Shown here: piece after piece, positions 36,273-52,982 of the stretch | How positions within the stretch are numbered: position 1 is the first letter of the stretch | Layout: every line of letters starts with the position of its first letter | Origin: the human T2T-CHM13v2.0 reference genome, Homo sapiens | Direction: 5' to 3' (one strand) | NCBI RefSeq assembly: GCF_009914755.1 | Contig: NC_060926.1 | DNA length: 64,000 bases | Position numbers and translations under genes: made by a program | Notes under the pieces: model-generated | Told to the model about the DNA's origin: nothing | Seen by the model: the letters and a program-made list of their open reading frames with translations, nothing else | The model's database searches: none

Positions 36273-37119
36273 CTATAAAAGGATGGAAAAAGAAAAATTA
36301 GGCAGAAGCCTTTAAAATAGCTCACAATAAAATTTATCTCAAATTATTACCTAAACCCAGTAAACTTCTGGTTTATGATTAGAAATATTATTTTTCTACC
36401 TCTTATTGATATGATTACCAACTCTACTAAGTCTATTAAAATCATCACAATATTTCTACTTCTACGTGGTTTCATTTCCATAGTAATGCTAAAACAATCA
36501 CCAGAAAAGTTGTTTTTAGTCTGAAATGTACCATCTCCAAAGATTATGAAAATATAGTTATAAGAGAATACTTAGAGGAAAATGACAGCAAGACTTAGGG
36601 TGACGCTGCCTGTTTCCATTGTGGGGACCAGCAGGAAACAGTTAATGTTTATAATAGTATTTAGAACTGAATGAATAGTCGTATCTAATTTTCCCACTAG
36701 TTACAAATAATCAATGTTCTATTCCTTTGTTATACCTATAATTAAAGCAAAGATATTTTATTTTTATTTTAGTAATTTGACATTTAAAAGAGTTAATAGT
36801 TTGATAAACTTACAAGTGAAAAATCTGTGCTGAAAAAAGTACAGGTAACACTTGATTATTCAAAGTGAAAGAGTAAGCCCCAAAACAGATTACTTAAAAC
36901 CAGATCTTTAATAAAACAGGCAAGTTGTATTGCAAGATAGTAAAACTGGCTCTAATGTAGCAATTAAAATTCAGTGTCTAATGTGGGATCTAACTTATAT
37001 TGTTTTGTTTAATGTTTGCACCCCCGAAACTGAGGAAAAGTATCACAGTTTTGTACAATTCACAGACTATGGTATGCTAATAAAACTGTATCACTGATTA
37101 ACATTAGAAAATAATAATG

Positions 37120-38330
37120 TAATTTCCCATATTAATAGATTAAAGGAGAAAAAATGGTAATTTCAACAGAGACAGAAAATGCATTTGTTAAAATTCCATA
37201 CCTTTTTATGATTAAAAACTCTTAACAAACATGGTAGAAAATGGCTTCCTTAATTGATTTAGGGCAGTAACTCTCAACCATGAGTGATTTTGTCCTATAG
37301 GGAACATCTGGCAATGTTGGGAGACATTTTTGATTATCATAACTATGGGGAGCCTAGGGATACTTCTAAACATCCTACAGTGCACAGGACAGACCTTCAC
37401 AGCAAAGAAATAATCTGGCTCAAAATGTCAACAGTGCTAAGATTGAGAAAGTCTGGTTAAGAGTATCTTCCCACTTACAAAGTATGCGTGTGTGTGTCTA
37501 TATATGTATGTATACATGCATGCATACATGTAAAGTTTAATGGTGAATCACTGAAATTGCTCCCTTTTTCAAGAACAAGGTCATGATGTTTTCACTACAT
37601 CAATACTGTAGCAGAGACATGGTCAGTGCAAAAACTCCAGGAAAAAAAGAAGTGAAAGAAATAGAAGTACACTGAATCATAAATAATTGTGTAAATGAGA
37701 GTTTGGCAGGGTTACTGATAGATTATCACTATTGAAAAATCAAGAGCATTACTATACACCAGCTACAATCTATTAGGAAATGTTATTTAAAAAACAGCAT
37801 TCATTAAAGCAACAAAACTATAGTCTACTAAGAATAAATTTGACAAAATGTGTCACGCTTTTTTATGGAGAAAGAAAACTTTTTTATGGATAGAAGTAAA
37901 ATAAGACAAATAAATGGAGAGATGTATCATGTTCATGGATAGGAAGATTCAATATTTTAAAATACTGAAATGTCCCAAGTTATTCACACTATTTAATGCA
38001 ATTCTAATAAAAAAAAGGGCTTTTCACTGAACTAAACAAACTGAATTAAAAAATTTATACACATAAAAGCAAAGACATAAGGATAGATGAGAGACTCCTG
38101 AAGATGAACAATGTACTTTAAGATTTCAAGACTCGTTATAAAGTCAAAATAATTACAACTGGGCAAGGTGAACAAATACACCAATGGAACAAAATAGCAG
38201 AAAAAAGACCCACACACATGGAAACTTAGTGTTTGGCAGAGGATTAATTTCAAAATAGCAGGAAATAGGTGGATTAGTCGATACATAAATTCAAGATTTA
38301 AGATCTAGAAGTGAAAAGTGGCAATACTAT
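37120..38330 (+). mobile_element. Very old L1M ORF2 remnant, boundaries approximate
   Basis: Degenerate motifs taaatggagagatgtatcatgttcatggataggaagattcaatatt and ccaatggaacaaaatag. Confidence 0.65.
37265..37455 (+). mobile_element. MER20-like DNA transposon
   Basis: cagtaactctcaacc...ggcaatgttgggagacatttttg...catcctacagtgcacaggacag...ttgagaaagtctg. Confidence 0.8.
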
Positions 38331-38398
38331 AGCATTAAAAATAAAAAATAGCATATATTCTTGTAGTAAAAAACAAAAAACTAAAAAAGAAGAAAAAA

Positions 38399-41196
<2,798 letters not shown>

Positions 41197-41523
41197 AACC
41201 ACTAAAGCAGTACTATATGTCATTTATGAATACATATATTTGTAGTAAAAATATATAAAATGAATAGGAAAGATATTCTGCTTACTTTTGAACAGGAAAC
41301 AGGGTAAGGAAGTGGGGGTAAGGAGAATTGACCTGAAGCTGTCTTACTTTACTCCCCATTTTAAGAACTTAAGTAAATGTGGCAAAATGTTGATGTCTAT
41401 TTAATTTGGTTGATGTGTGTTATTATTTGTAATTATCTGTGGTTAAGATATTTCAGAAATATAACAAACATTAAAAAATTGATAGTAATAGATGGAAATC
41501 CTTTTTTAAATGAAATTACTTAC

Positions 41524-41651
41524 AGGCCAAGGCGGTGGGACCGAAGTTACCTCTGGAGTATGAAAATAAGCAACACCATTATGGTAAGTATAAGGATATC
41601 CAGTTGAAGTTGTTAGATACATTGTTCCAGCTGCTGGCATTATACTAGAAC
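41524..41651 (-). CDS. BOLL: BOLL coding exon 6 (rSSIMPAAGTMYLTTSTGYPYTYHNGVAYFHTPEVTSVPPPWP)
   Basis: tttag|GT TCT...CCT|gtaagt; 128 nt, phase 1 to 0. Confidence 0.96.
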
Positions 41652-42499
41652 CTAAAGCAAAGATTAAATAATAATAATTGAAATGTTCAATTTAACTGTT
41701 AAAAATGTAGTTTCTAAACACTTCAGAAAAATATTTATCTTAATATACCTATGTAGCTATGGTAAAAATTGAATGTCACAGATATTTTTAAAAAATTCCT
41801 TATGTCAAAGTATCTTTGAAGCCTGTATTTTTAAACTCAATACCTTAAAGCTTTTAGTTTAAGATGATTAAAAGAAAAGAAAAACAATACGAATAAGAAA
41901 TACCAAAAATGTATCAATTCAGATTCCAACACCAGTATGCTACACAAAGCTGAACAATTTAGACTATCATCAGCGAAGTAATTATTTGTACAAATATAAA
42001 TTATGTATAATTTAAAGTTACTTCAAGACAACATACACTGTAGTGAAGTTCCTAAGGTCTTGGCTAGACCTTTTATTTCTGAAAGTCCAAAGATGATGGA
42101 GGCAGTAAAGTTGGAGAAGATTCTACTTTCCTGAAGACATTTTGGTTCCACCCTACTAATTCTTTGGATATCCTACCAGCAAACATTCGTTCATGCTATG
42201 GCTGTCTTTTATCTCTCTTTTCTATGATCTATTCTCTATCTAGTCTCCCTTTGCTACAACTGCTGCTGTTGCAAACATGACCGCAAGTCTTCATGTGGCT
42301 AGTCTGGGGTCCCCAACTCTTTTCCCGGGCCAAGTTATATAAACCCCCACCACAAACCAAAAAACAGTAAATAATATACATAGATATATATATATTTTTT
42401 GTCATTGAGGAGACTTTAAAAGTTAAATTAGCCAAATTAGATTAGGTCTTAACCAGCAAGGTTATATAAATTAGTGAAACTGACAATTCTTCCACCTAT

Positions 42500-42685
42500 A
42501 CCAGTGCTTCTCAAAATTTCCCATAAATTAGAATCACTTAAATTGTTTTCTAAAATGCAAATTCCAGGGACTTATCTTCAGAGATTTTGAGTCAGTAAAT
42601 CTGGGACAGGGCCTAAGAATTTGCATTTTGACAGCTTCCAATGAAATGACACTGTCTGCAAACCACACTTCAAATAGCATGGGCC
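42500..42685. mobile_element. MER5-like DNA transposon remnant
   Basis: cagtgcttctcaaa...ctgggacagggcctaagaatttgcatttt...ccacacttcaaatagca. Confidence 0.6.
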
Positions 42686-45334
42686 TACCACTTTAAATAA
42701 TACTATTGCTCCTCAGCTTTTATATTTTCACTGCATTTGATCTAGTATTGTTATTATTTATTTTAATGGTTCTTAATTAGATCCTTTTGAGAATTTGATG
42801 AAAATCAGGGACCTTTTCCTCAGATATATATACAGTCAAACACAATTTTACACACAATTTTGGAGGTCCATGGATTCCCCCCAAAAGATATTCCACTATT
42901 ATTCAAAGATAATGATAATGGTTCATTATTCAATAATGGTTCATTATTCAAAGAAAATGAACCATGCTTTACCTGCTAAATAAATAAATTTTCAGTGCAT
43001 ACTATTTCAAGGCATTGAACAGGGCCCTAGTGATACAGCAAAAAATAAAAAAATTAGACATGAGATGGTCTGTATCCTCAAAGAAGTTAGGTCTGGTAGT
43101 GAAGATAGTCATTAGTTGATTACACAATTAATTAATTAAATACAATTTTGATAAATACATGAGGCATTATAGGGTACGATACTGAACATTTCAATTATTA
43201 TGTATACAAAACATATATAAAATTTCTCTCTATATACATATATATGGAAAATTTGTGATGAAATGATGTTCAGCTAAGCTCTAAAGAATGAATTGGATGG
43301 CAAAGTACATTCTAGGTAAAGAAAACAGTATATTAGATTCTGAGAACAGGAGTATAGAATGTTCTGGAACTGAAAGAAGGCTACATGGCTAAAGCATGGA
43401 AAGAAAAGGGAAGAATACCTCAAAATAAGCTGAGCATAAGACAATAAGAGGTGCACTTTTGAAAGATCACTCTGGCTGCCTTGTGAATGATGGATTGGAA
43501 GGTAGAAAGATTGGATTCAGAGAGACCACTTAGGATGTTTTTCCAGGAATTAAGGTAAACAAAGTGGTTAGTTGGGACTCGGGTGTTGGTAATGGAGATG
43601 GAAAGAAATGACAGATCTAAGAAAAAACTAAGATAAGAATCCCTTATTTGTAAATGTACTTTTAACACCTATTTTTCTTCGCAGAAAAGTCAAAAGAACT
43701 TTGGAGTCAAACAGTCCTGCATTTGAAGGCTAGTGCTACCACTCACCATTAGGCTATTTAACCCCATACTTCTTAAAGTTGGATAAGGGATGGATGGTAT
43801 ACCAGGAGATATGAAAAAGCAGAGGCTGAACATAGTAATCTTCCTACAGAATCAGTTTTATTCAATTGTTTTTGGGAAATATTTTTATATTCAAATAAAC
43901 AATATGATATTATGGAACAGAATGCAAATTATACATGATGTTTTTGCATAAATCATGAGACTTTAAAGAAAATTTGCAATTCCAGTATGCTGCAGTGGGT
44001 TAGGAACCACAACATGCCAAGATTAACTCTCCTCTACCTTTAGGAGTATTTCAGCAGAAACATTTTTAAAACAATGACTTTATCTTTTTGGGATTGAATT
44101 TTCTATTTACAAAAATAGAGATAACAATACATCATGGGATTCTATGAAGATTAAATGAAAACTCATAACATTGACCCTTGCACTAAGTAGTTTTGAAAAA
44201 ACTATTTGTATATGTGAAAGCATTCAGCATAGTGCTGATTTATTTTCTATTTCAGCAACTGGTAGATCATACTATGAGCATTACTATTTAGTACATATTG
44301 CTGGTGATAATGGGCTAACGGACCGTTACTATATGTTCTAGCTTAACCTTTGCAAGTAACAACAGTAGATTGAAAATATTCAGCATTCTGCCATATTTAG
44401 TGCATTCCATTTTGTATTAACCTACTGAGGATACTTTGATTGTCTCCTAAATTAACAAATACTAAGTCAAAATTAAACTTAATATACATCAATCTCTTTT
44501 TTGTTGTAGTTGTGGCAACTGTATTAACCAAATATCTATTATTTCTAAGTCAAAAGCATAACAGTCCAAATGAATACAATCTATTAATTTGTTAACAGAT
44601 TATATATAATAACCTAATGTTTTAAACATTCCCGTAGACACTAGGATGTGGCTAAGGGAAAATAAGTTAGTTATAAATTTTACATCACATTTCTCCTTCT
44701 AGCCAAAGACTGTTAGGAATTTTAATAAATATTAAAGGTAAAAAGTTAACTATAAAGATGCCTAACTTAATAAGTAGAAAGAGTGAGGAAAGATAGAATT
44801 GAAAGCATTAGAGAAATTTGAGGAAGGTAGATACATAATTTAGCCAATTCCTAAAGCTTTAGGGATTGTCCCCCTGAAAATTATGACACACCTGGCTGGG
44901 TTACAGTACACAGCATGCAGCGAGTTTCTGATATTAGTTCTATGTTTTCACTTTCAATATTTTTACTCTGATTAATTTTAAATTAGTTTCTAATTAAAAT
45001 TTTTCTCATTAGTAAGTCTAAATTATTAAATTACTTCTAATTACTTTTGCTATATTAAATGATATTTTCATCACGAAAGATTTTTTTTCCTTTAATGATG
45101 TAACTACATGGAATATACTTAAGCATCTTTATGTATATAAATTTTTTCCCAGCCAAAAAAAATTGAGATATATTATTTTGTGGCAAAAATATTCAGTTTT
45201 TCCACCAACTTTGCTAAAATAACTTTATTAGATGAAAGAAACATGATCTTTTAATAAAGTTCTATAAAAAGTCTTATATTTCAAAAAAGAACCATGCAAA
45301 AATATTTAAAAATACATTAGTTCTCAATACATAC

Positions 45335-45410
45335 GAGGGATCCCTACTTGTTGTTTTCTTATTGCTGGACCAATGTTCAGCTTCTTATCCTTATAATTAA
45401 GTTTTTCAGC
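45335..45410 (-). CDS. BOLL: BOLL coding exon 5 (AEKLNYKDKKLNIGPAIRKQQVGIP)
   Basis: ttttag|GCT...CCT C|gtatgt; 76 nt; DAZ-family GPAIRKQ motif. Confidence 0.97.
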
Positions 45411-45613
45411 CTAAAATAAAGAAAAAAGAAATTATTTTATTATTTTAGCACTATTATTTATAAAATCAATAAGGAAAAACTAGTTAGAAAGAATTTCAAA
45501 AATTCAGACTATAATATTCTTTCAAAGCAGCAAGGAATAGTGGGAAAGAGCCGTCTTCAGACTGAAATAGATCTGGGTCTGACCGCAATTCCCCATTTTC
45601 TCCATTTGTAATA

Positions 45614-46244
45614 CAGTCAATCCTCATTACTCATGGATTCTGTATTTGTGAATTTGCCTACTTGCTAAAATTTACTTGTAATCCTAAAATTAATATTTGT
45701 GGCAATTTTGAGGTTATTAGTGGACACGTGAAGAGCGGCGGAAAATTTGAGTAGCCTGATGCGCATGCTCCCAGTTGAGGTCAAATAAGGCGATATTCTT
45801 TCTTCTTGTTCCAGTGCTCATACTCTAAGAGAGAGCTTTCTATTTAGTGCCATGTTTTCTCCATTTTTGTGCTTTTTGTTGGTGATTTGGCTATTTAAAA
45901 TGGCCCCCATGTGTATTGTTGAAGTGCTGGCTAGCACAAGAAGACTGTCATAGGCATTATGGAGAATATATATATTAGATGTGCTTAATTCAAGCATGAA
46001 TTATAGTGCTATTGGCCATGGCTTCAATGTTAATGAACCAGTAATCTGTTATATATGATGCCTTTAAATGGAAAACCATATAAAACAAGGTTATATATTG
46101 ATAGGTTGATGGCAATATTGTGACCAGAGGTTCTTGGGAACATTACCTTGTACTTCCCCTAGAAAGAGGAGTTCAGCATTTGCTAATTCAGTGTTCCTAG
46201 CAATGTTAGAGAACATAACTGCCACAAATAACAAGAATTGACTG
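45614..46244 (+). mobile_element. MER82-like TcMar-Tigger nonautonomous DNA transposon
   Basis: Terminal inverted repeats cagtcaatcct... and ...agaattgactg, with TA duplications at 45612-45613 and 46245-46246. Confidence 0.85.
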
Positions 46245-46728
46245 TATTTGATTTTAATAACATACAATTCAAATTCTACTTTTTTTCTAAAAAAGTTAAA
46301 TGTTATATTTGCCTTAACTTAAAGTTATTACACTGAATTGCTGGCTATAGGCTTTTTTTCTGTGAATATTCTTAGTTTATATAATGTTTTTCACAGGAGG
46401 GAAATCATCTCAGATAACCTCACTGTTGGAATCCACATTTGTAGTGTTTTTTAAACATTCAAAATGCTATTAACACTTCGCAAAAGATATATCCCCAAGT
46501 TCTTAATTTAAGTAAATAAAGCGAAACATTATATTACAGTTTCACAACCATACTTGTAGTGATTTTGGAATTTGCTCTTCTGCAGATTAAGTTTCCTAGA
46601 GACCAATGCCAATCTTAAGATGCAAACCTTTTTTAAAAAGCAGTTGATTATTGTATTTGAACCCCGAAAAGATTAGTTTCAAATACAAAATTTCCAGAAA
46701 TGAAGTTAAATACACCAAAAGATCATAC

Positions 46729-46783
46729 CTCTTGTAAAATTTTTTGTGCATCTTCTTGTGTTTCAAAAGTGACGAAACCATAC
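46729..46783 (-). CDS. BOLL: BOLL coding exon 4 (gYGFVTFETQEDAQKILQE)
   Basis: tttag|G TAT...GAG|gtatga; 55 nt; completes RNP1 KGYGFVTF. Confidence 0.97.
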
Positions 46784-48474
46784 CTAAATAAATGCATTAA
46801 TTATTACTAATTAATCATTTTCTTAGAATGTTATATTAATTATATTAAAATGTTTAAAAATTTTGTTTTTAAATCATCGGCCACTGTAGGAGTAGGCATG
46901 TTTCTATGCTGCACTAGCATGGGAATCTTAGAAGAATCATTCACAGCCTAACACTGTCACTTTTAGTCAGGAACTAAAAGAAAAAAAACCCCTGAGATCT
47001 TGAAACAGCTTCAGCTCTCAGCTGTATGCAGGAAAGAAAAGCACAAGAGATTCATGCTGTTGCTTAAAAATTGGGGATGCAATAAATTTCAATCCAGAGC
47101 AATAATCTCCTTTTAAACTAATAGAAGTTTGGCTAAGAGAAATCAAAGTAGAAAAATAACTAAAAAATTTAAAATTTCAACACAATAAAATTTCTTATAT
47201 TGGTGAATGACAATGTAAATGTATTATTTAATTATTATTATTAGCACATATAACTGATAATGTAATTATTAGTATATTCCCAAACAATATCAATTAAAAA
47301 TATGTACAACCCAGATTTCACATCTGTTTTTCATACATAATTAACTTCAAGCACAATTCATATAATGTTGAAGATACAAATACACATAAATGATGTGCTC
47401 CATGTCCAAAAAGCCACAATAGGTAGAGAAAAAAGTAACAAAAGAAAGAAAAAATGTATCTCTCAAAACATAATTGCTATTTAGATAACTTAAGTAAACT
47501 CTTCTGAGTAATGCTAAATATCTTCACTATTTTCTTCAATTCATAATTACTGGATCATATACAAAGTTTCTTCTTTTAAACAAAGGAATTTCTCTTTATC
47601 TATTTGCCCAAACATTAAAAAGTTAAGGAATTAGTTTTACGCTATTTTTTTGGTAGAACACACACGCCACCCAGTGGAAAAGGCATAAAATACAGTTTAC
47701 ATTTACATTTCCATGTATGTTTTCCAATGATTAAAAAATGGTATTACCAAAACATAGCAAATTCTGTTAGTCAAACAAAAGAGGTAAATCTCACTTCACC
47801 TTAATATTGTTTGGCATTCTGAGGAAGTATCTCATCTGTTTATAAATAACCTTTCTGTAGAATCCCATCTCTTCCAGCATATCCATCTGTCGAATGTTGT
47901 TTCTCACCAATACCACCTCAATGGGTCCCTTTTCTTATGCCTATAAATATGTATGTCTCGTCTCTCTTTCAAGAAAGTAAATACAATACTTTACTGCCTT
48001 ATCTATTTTCTTTTAACTTTGCAGTCCAACTCCTTAAGTGAGTGTACTATGTAAACTATCTTTTTCCTTTCTGAAATTTGGCTTTGTACACATAGCATTC
48101 CACTGAAACAGCTCTATACACATTTAAAGACACAGTCTATTACTTTCTTCTCAATTTTCATTATCATTGATATAGCAATTAAAAATCATTCTCACTAGAA
48201 TTATATTTCTCATACTGGTCCCCTAATTAGGTCTCTGAGGCACAACCTACAGACATTTCTTGGTGTCAGCTGTTTTCAAATAAAGCTCTCTATGGCCTAA
48301 AGCAGGGATACAATTCCAAAAGAATCTGATTCCTTTTGCTTCTCATTCCTCAGCTAATGTACATCTGCTACTTACATTAAGTGCTTGCTGCCTACCACTG
48401 AATGGTCCCTCCACCCATGCAAGAATAACTTCTCAACAAATTAAGAAATATTACAGTGTCTCCTCCCTCCAAAA

Positions 48475-48502
48475 TACACACACACACACACACACACACA
48501 CA
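48475..48502. repeat. (CA)14 microsatellite
   Basis: Read directly from the sequence. Confidence 0.95.
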
Positions 48503-48644
48503 AGGAAATCAAAAGGTAGGAGGAAAGAAGAGGGCATGATGGTCTCTGCTGGAAAATGGAACCAAAGTAAACTGGCGTACAAAACCTAGTCATCCAATGA
48601 AAATAGAGTTGCTAATTCCATAGACAATCTATAGTGATACTAAC

Positions 48645-48736
48645 CCTTTGGATACTCCAGCTCTGTCATTTACAATCTTCACTTCTTTCACAGACCCATA
48701 CTGGGAAAAAAATTTTCTTAAATCACTTTCGTTTGT
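48645..48736 (-). CDS. BOLL: BOLL coding exon 3 (TNESDLRKFFSQYGSVKEVKIVNDRAGVSKg)
   Basis: ttag|ACA...AAA GG|gttagt; 92 nt; RRM core. Confidence 0.97.
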
Positions 48737-50694
48737 CTAATGGCATAAAAAGAAAACGTTAAAAAGCATTTTTAGTTGATAAAAGATGAATAATTCTCAT
48801 GCTTGCTCTGGAGACAGAAAAAGTTATAGATAAGATGCATGAAAAATGCCTCTCATCATCAAAACAGTGCATAAACCACTAGGTGATTAAAATCAAGGTA
48901 AATATCTTGCTTTATGCAATAGCTATGTTGTTAAATTACCATATGCCAATAAAAATGTAAGCTGAATTATTTTAAAACTACAAAACTCACTATTTAAAGA
49001 AATCTTTAAATGATTCTTGTTCTCTAGCTGGCCAGTTTTTAAAAAGCCAATTTGGATTAGGAATGCTATTTCCATAGTAAGGGTACAATACTATTTTGGC
49101 TCTTGTGGCTCAGAGACAGTCATGGCAGTGGAACTAGGTTGTGTTGGCCTACACCAGTCATTCTATTTTAATCAGTAGTCTCAGGAACTCCTTTCCTAAG
49201 TCAGTTTTAGGAAAGGAATGTATTTCCAAAAGTGCTTGAACTCAACTGTGAGAACAATGGAGTGACTATAAGATTTAAAGTTATTAGATTCCTTATCTGT
49301 ACTCAATATACATTTCAGCTAAATTCAGACATTGTTTTGATAATAAAATAAAAATTGGAATCATAATTAGATTTAAAGCATACAAGGTGTCTACAAAGAT
49401 GGTTTTGGCATGTCTGTTTTTTTAATTGAAATAGTCTGATAATAGACTCATATCACCTTTTCTCAGAATACTGACACTAAATTCATTGCAATTTCATTTC
49501 CTGGTTTAGCTGTAACTGTTTGTCTACAAGAGTAACTTTTCTCTAGAAAAAAATTTCTTTATATACACTGCAAAAAGACATGCCTTAGTGCAGAGCTATG
49601 CCTTTTGAGTTCAACTGCCACCTCACTACTTACATACACTATTGGTTTTTAGTTGGTAACATAAAGCCTGCTAAGCTGCATAATGACAAATACTGATTCA
49701 ATCTAAGAAAAACTGAATGACTTTTATTTCAGTTAACAGAAAATGAAATCAATGCTAGAATAAGAATTGTTACTAGATATTTGAATACAAATTAATTCCA
49801 ACTATTCTCTGGTAGAATAATCACTACCTCAATTTTGTAGCTCCACTTCTTTAGTGACAAAGAGACAGTCAAGAAAAGTAAGCATTAAGAGGGATAGTCT
49901 GTTTGCTTATAAAAATGAAAGGTTAAAAAGTCTGTGACTACTTGCTATTAAAGTAAATGATTTCCTTGCTGGCCTTTATCTGTGGTTTTGAAAAAGGTAT
50001 AAGTATACAGGAGGAAGCCCTAGCAATTACCTTAAAGCTATGGCTGCATTATAACAACCGTCTCCAAAGTGCATGCTGTAGCTGATGGGCTTCAGTAACC
50101 TAAAATAACCTGGCCATACAAATGTTTATATTTATTGATAACTTATTTTTAAAAACATGCTAATCTATTGTAATATAAATGAATTCCCAAATTGAACATT
50201 TCTGCCAGCTATCAGTATTTTCCACAAAGAAAATCTTTTTAAAAATAAATATTTTATAAGAAATAATTTTTCTTACTTTATTTTTAGTGAAACAATCATA
50301 TACTTGTTTAAGACTCATTGTTTTGGCAAATACACTAAGTGTAACATTTCTCTTGTGCAGGAAAAAAGAAATTCCACCCAAATTGTAACAGATTGGTTAT
50401 ATGGAAATAGTTATAAATGTCAAATATCACACCTAATGGCATAAGGAAGGTTTTTTTTTGTTGAAAATGATAACTCTCCCTATAATTTCTAATATGTAAA
50501 ATAGAAGCTTGGAAATCCTTCTATATATCCATTTGAAAGTAAGAGTATTCCACTTAAAATATCTATGCATGCCTTTCTTGTAGGTGTTTACTCTTACCTC
50601 CCCTATGTGGGCTGGGGGGCACTGCACATCATGTCATGAACTATGCTTTCTTGAAACAGTGGAATGGCTGATTACATGATATAAATATATTAGT

Positions 50695-50830
50695 TTTTAA
50701 AAAACTTTTATTTTAAGTTCGGGGTACACGTGCAGATTTGTTATAAACTCATCATTGGGGTTTGTTGTATAGATTATTTTGGCACCCAGGTACTAAGCCT
50801 AGTACCGAATAGTTATTTTTTTTTCTGCTT
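50695..50830 (-). mobile_element. Short L1P 3'-terminal fragment
   Basis: aacttttattttaagttcggggtacacgtgcagatttgtt...cccaggtactaagcctagtacc. Confidence 0.75.
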
Positions 50831-51390
50831 AAATATACTACTTTTAAGATGCTTTATTCTGACAAGGACACAGGACTTTTTTGGTGATCAAATCCTAAAT
50901 TCTAACATAGAAAGTGCTTTGCAAAGAATAGATGCCTAGGAGGTTGCTCAGGAATCTGAGATAAGAGTTGGGGTAAAGAAATAGTATTTCATAAAAGTAA
51001 GTTTTTAAAAAATAGAGTCTCTTTTGAAAATTATAATAATCAATTATTTTGGCTATTGGAATATTAGGCAAGAAAGTATAATTAGTTCTGGTATGGAAGA
51101 GTATGGAGCTATGAGACAGAAAACTAGGCTTCTAGTCTCACTCTGTCACTATGTGGCTAGCAGCCCACAGCAAGTCAGTGAGGATCAATTTCTTTATATC
51201 TGACATTGAACAGTTTTTAATGCTTTATGTAACCTACATGCTGGTTGAAAAGATTCTTTATAATAAGATAATTCAAAATCTGTTAATCATTATGCAAATA
51301 TGTTATTTTATAGTTGCACAAAGAAATAATTTCTGAGAAATAAAGACTTCTAATGAAAAAATACACTTTACTGCATGCATAAATAGGTAC

Positions 51391-51534
51391 CTTAAAATCA
51401 ATTCCTCCTACAAAGATGCGATTAGGGATCACTGTTCCATATCTTGGGGCACTTGTTGGGTTATTCAAAGGCACAGGTGACACAGGATTAGGGGATGGAG
51501 ATAATGAATCTGTTTGCATCTGGTTTGATGTTTG
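51391..51534 (-). CDS. BOLL: BOLL exon 2 (QTSNQ-MQTDSLSPSPNPVSPVPLNNPTSAPRYGTVIPNRIFVGGIDFK); internal ATG at 51519
   Basis: ttacag|CAA...AAG|gtacct; 144 nt; RNP2 IFVGGI; recognised BOULE N-terminus. Confidence 0.98.
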
Positions 51535-51890
51535 CTGTAAAATAAAATTCTTTTACACTTTTTGCACTGGGTATAATGCAGTCTGCTTTTGATGCAGACC
51601 AAAAACATATATTTTTCAAAAAGAAGAGTCATTTAGGCAAAATATAGTATTCTAGGCTTTACTTTTAATATTATAAAAATTATAATTAGAGCTAAGAGCT
51701 TTTTAAGGCAACAGAACTAGGAAACACAGAATCTACTCCACTATAGAGATTTTAAATATTAAATATATTACTTAAAATGCTTATATTATTATCAAACCTA
51801 TTACTTAATTATTAAGGGGAATATTAAACTCATGAACATGTTTGAGAAAGAGAAAACAGTCCCAGCCTGACACAATCAACTACACCCTGG

Positions 51891-52409
51891 TGTTGTTAGG
51901 AGTTGGCCTGGCACTCACAGCTAGGCTGTGGTGTTCTCTTGTTAACAGAACACCAACATCAGACAAAGTCACCCTGTGACTCTGATGGATCAAGATTAAA
52001 AACAAGACCACTCCATAATCATGTTTGAATGCTGACAAAAACAAAGGCATTGTCCAAACCACAAGAATAACCAAACAACCCTCCATTCTGGCTGATATGA
52101 GTGACTGCTCCTTCTTTATCAGCTATAGTTTTAGCCTCGATCCATTTTTCTTTCCTTTTAGATAAAAGTTAACACATCCAATCATAGAATTACTACCATT
52201 TCCTGACGCTATACATTCCAGAGTAAAGCCCTACTTCCTTAAACCCTCTCTAGAAATTGCTCAACAGAAGCCTATATCCTGTAAGTTCTAACACCTTCTG
52301 ATTGAGAGGCCCCATGGTTTATGTTTTCCCTTGTTTGAACAATTAACAGACCCAACTTTACTAAATGACGCATGTGTTCCTGGTGGTCTTTAACTAATGG
52401 TCATCGACA
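51891..52409 (+). mobile_element. Probable solo ERV LTR, family not assigned
   Basis: About 520 bp bounded by tgtt...gaca with LTR-like composition; no clear TSD. Confidence 0.45.
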
Positions 52410-52842
52410 AGTTAATAAACTCTAACATTCACATTCACCATTTTCAGCCTGAAAGTCAAAATTTTAAATGCACTTGTCAATTTGAAGATTGGACTGATTT
52501 TGTTAAAAAATTATATACTTGTAGCTCATAAATGTTTATTCCAAAGAATTAGCTCAGTACATATCCACATGTTCACAATTCTAAGTTAGAGGACATAATT
52601 TAAATTTTAATAAATATATATAAATGTATAAGCCTTTGCAGAATGGTAAGATAATAGACTTTTAAGGTATAACTGAAAAAAAACCCAAGACTTGAGAATC
52701 ACATTGAAGAGAAACCAATTCAAGAACTGGTGAATTATTTTCCATCTGGAAACACTAAACACACTTCTGAGACAAACCCCATAATATCCTAAAGACAAAC
52801 CCCATAATATCCTAAATGTGTGCTTCAAAAAACTTGAAGTAA

Positions 52843-52982
52843 ACTGGGTGTTGTGGCTTGTGCCTGTAATCCCAGCTGCTTGGGAGGCTGAGGCAGGAGG
52901 ATTGCTTGAGATCAGGAGTTCGAGACCAGCCTGGGCAACAAAGAAAGACCCCATCTCAAAAAGAAAGAAAAAGAAAATAACA
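52843..52982 (+). mobile_element. Alu monomer (FLAM-like)
   Basis: Single arm with A-rich tail; flanked by aaaacttgaagt and aaaagcttgaagt. Confidence 0.85.

Noticed and set aside
50598-50649. Strong minus-strand donor GAG|gtaaga in intron 2 as a poison exon
   Set aside because: Nearby acceptors have poor pyrimidine tracts; isolated donors are common by chance.
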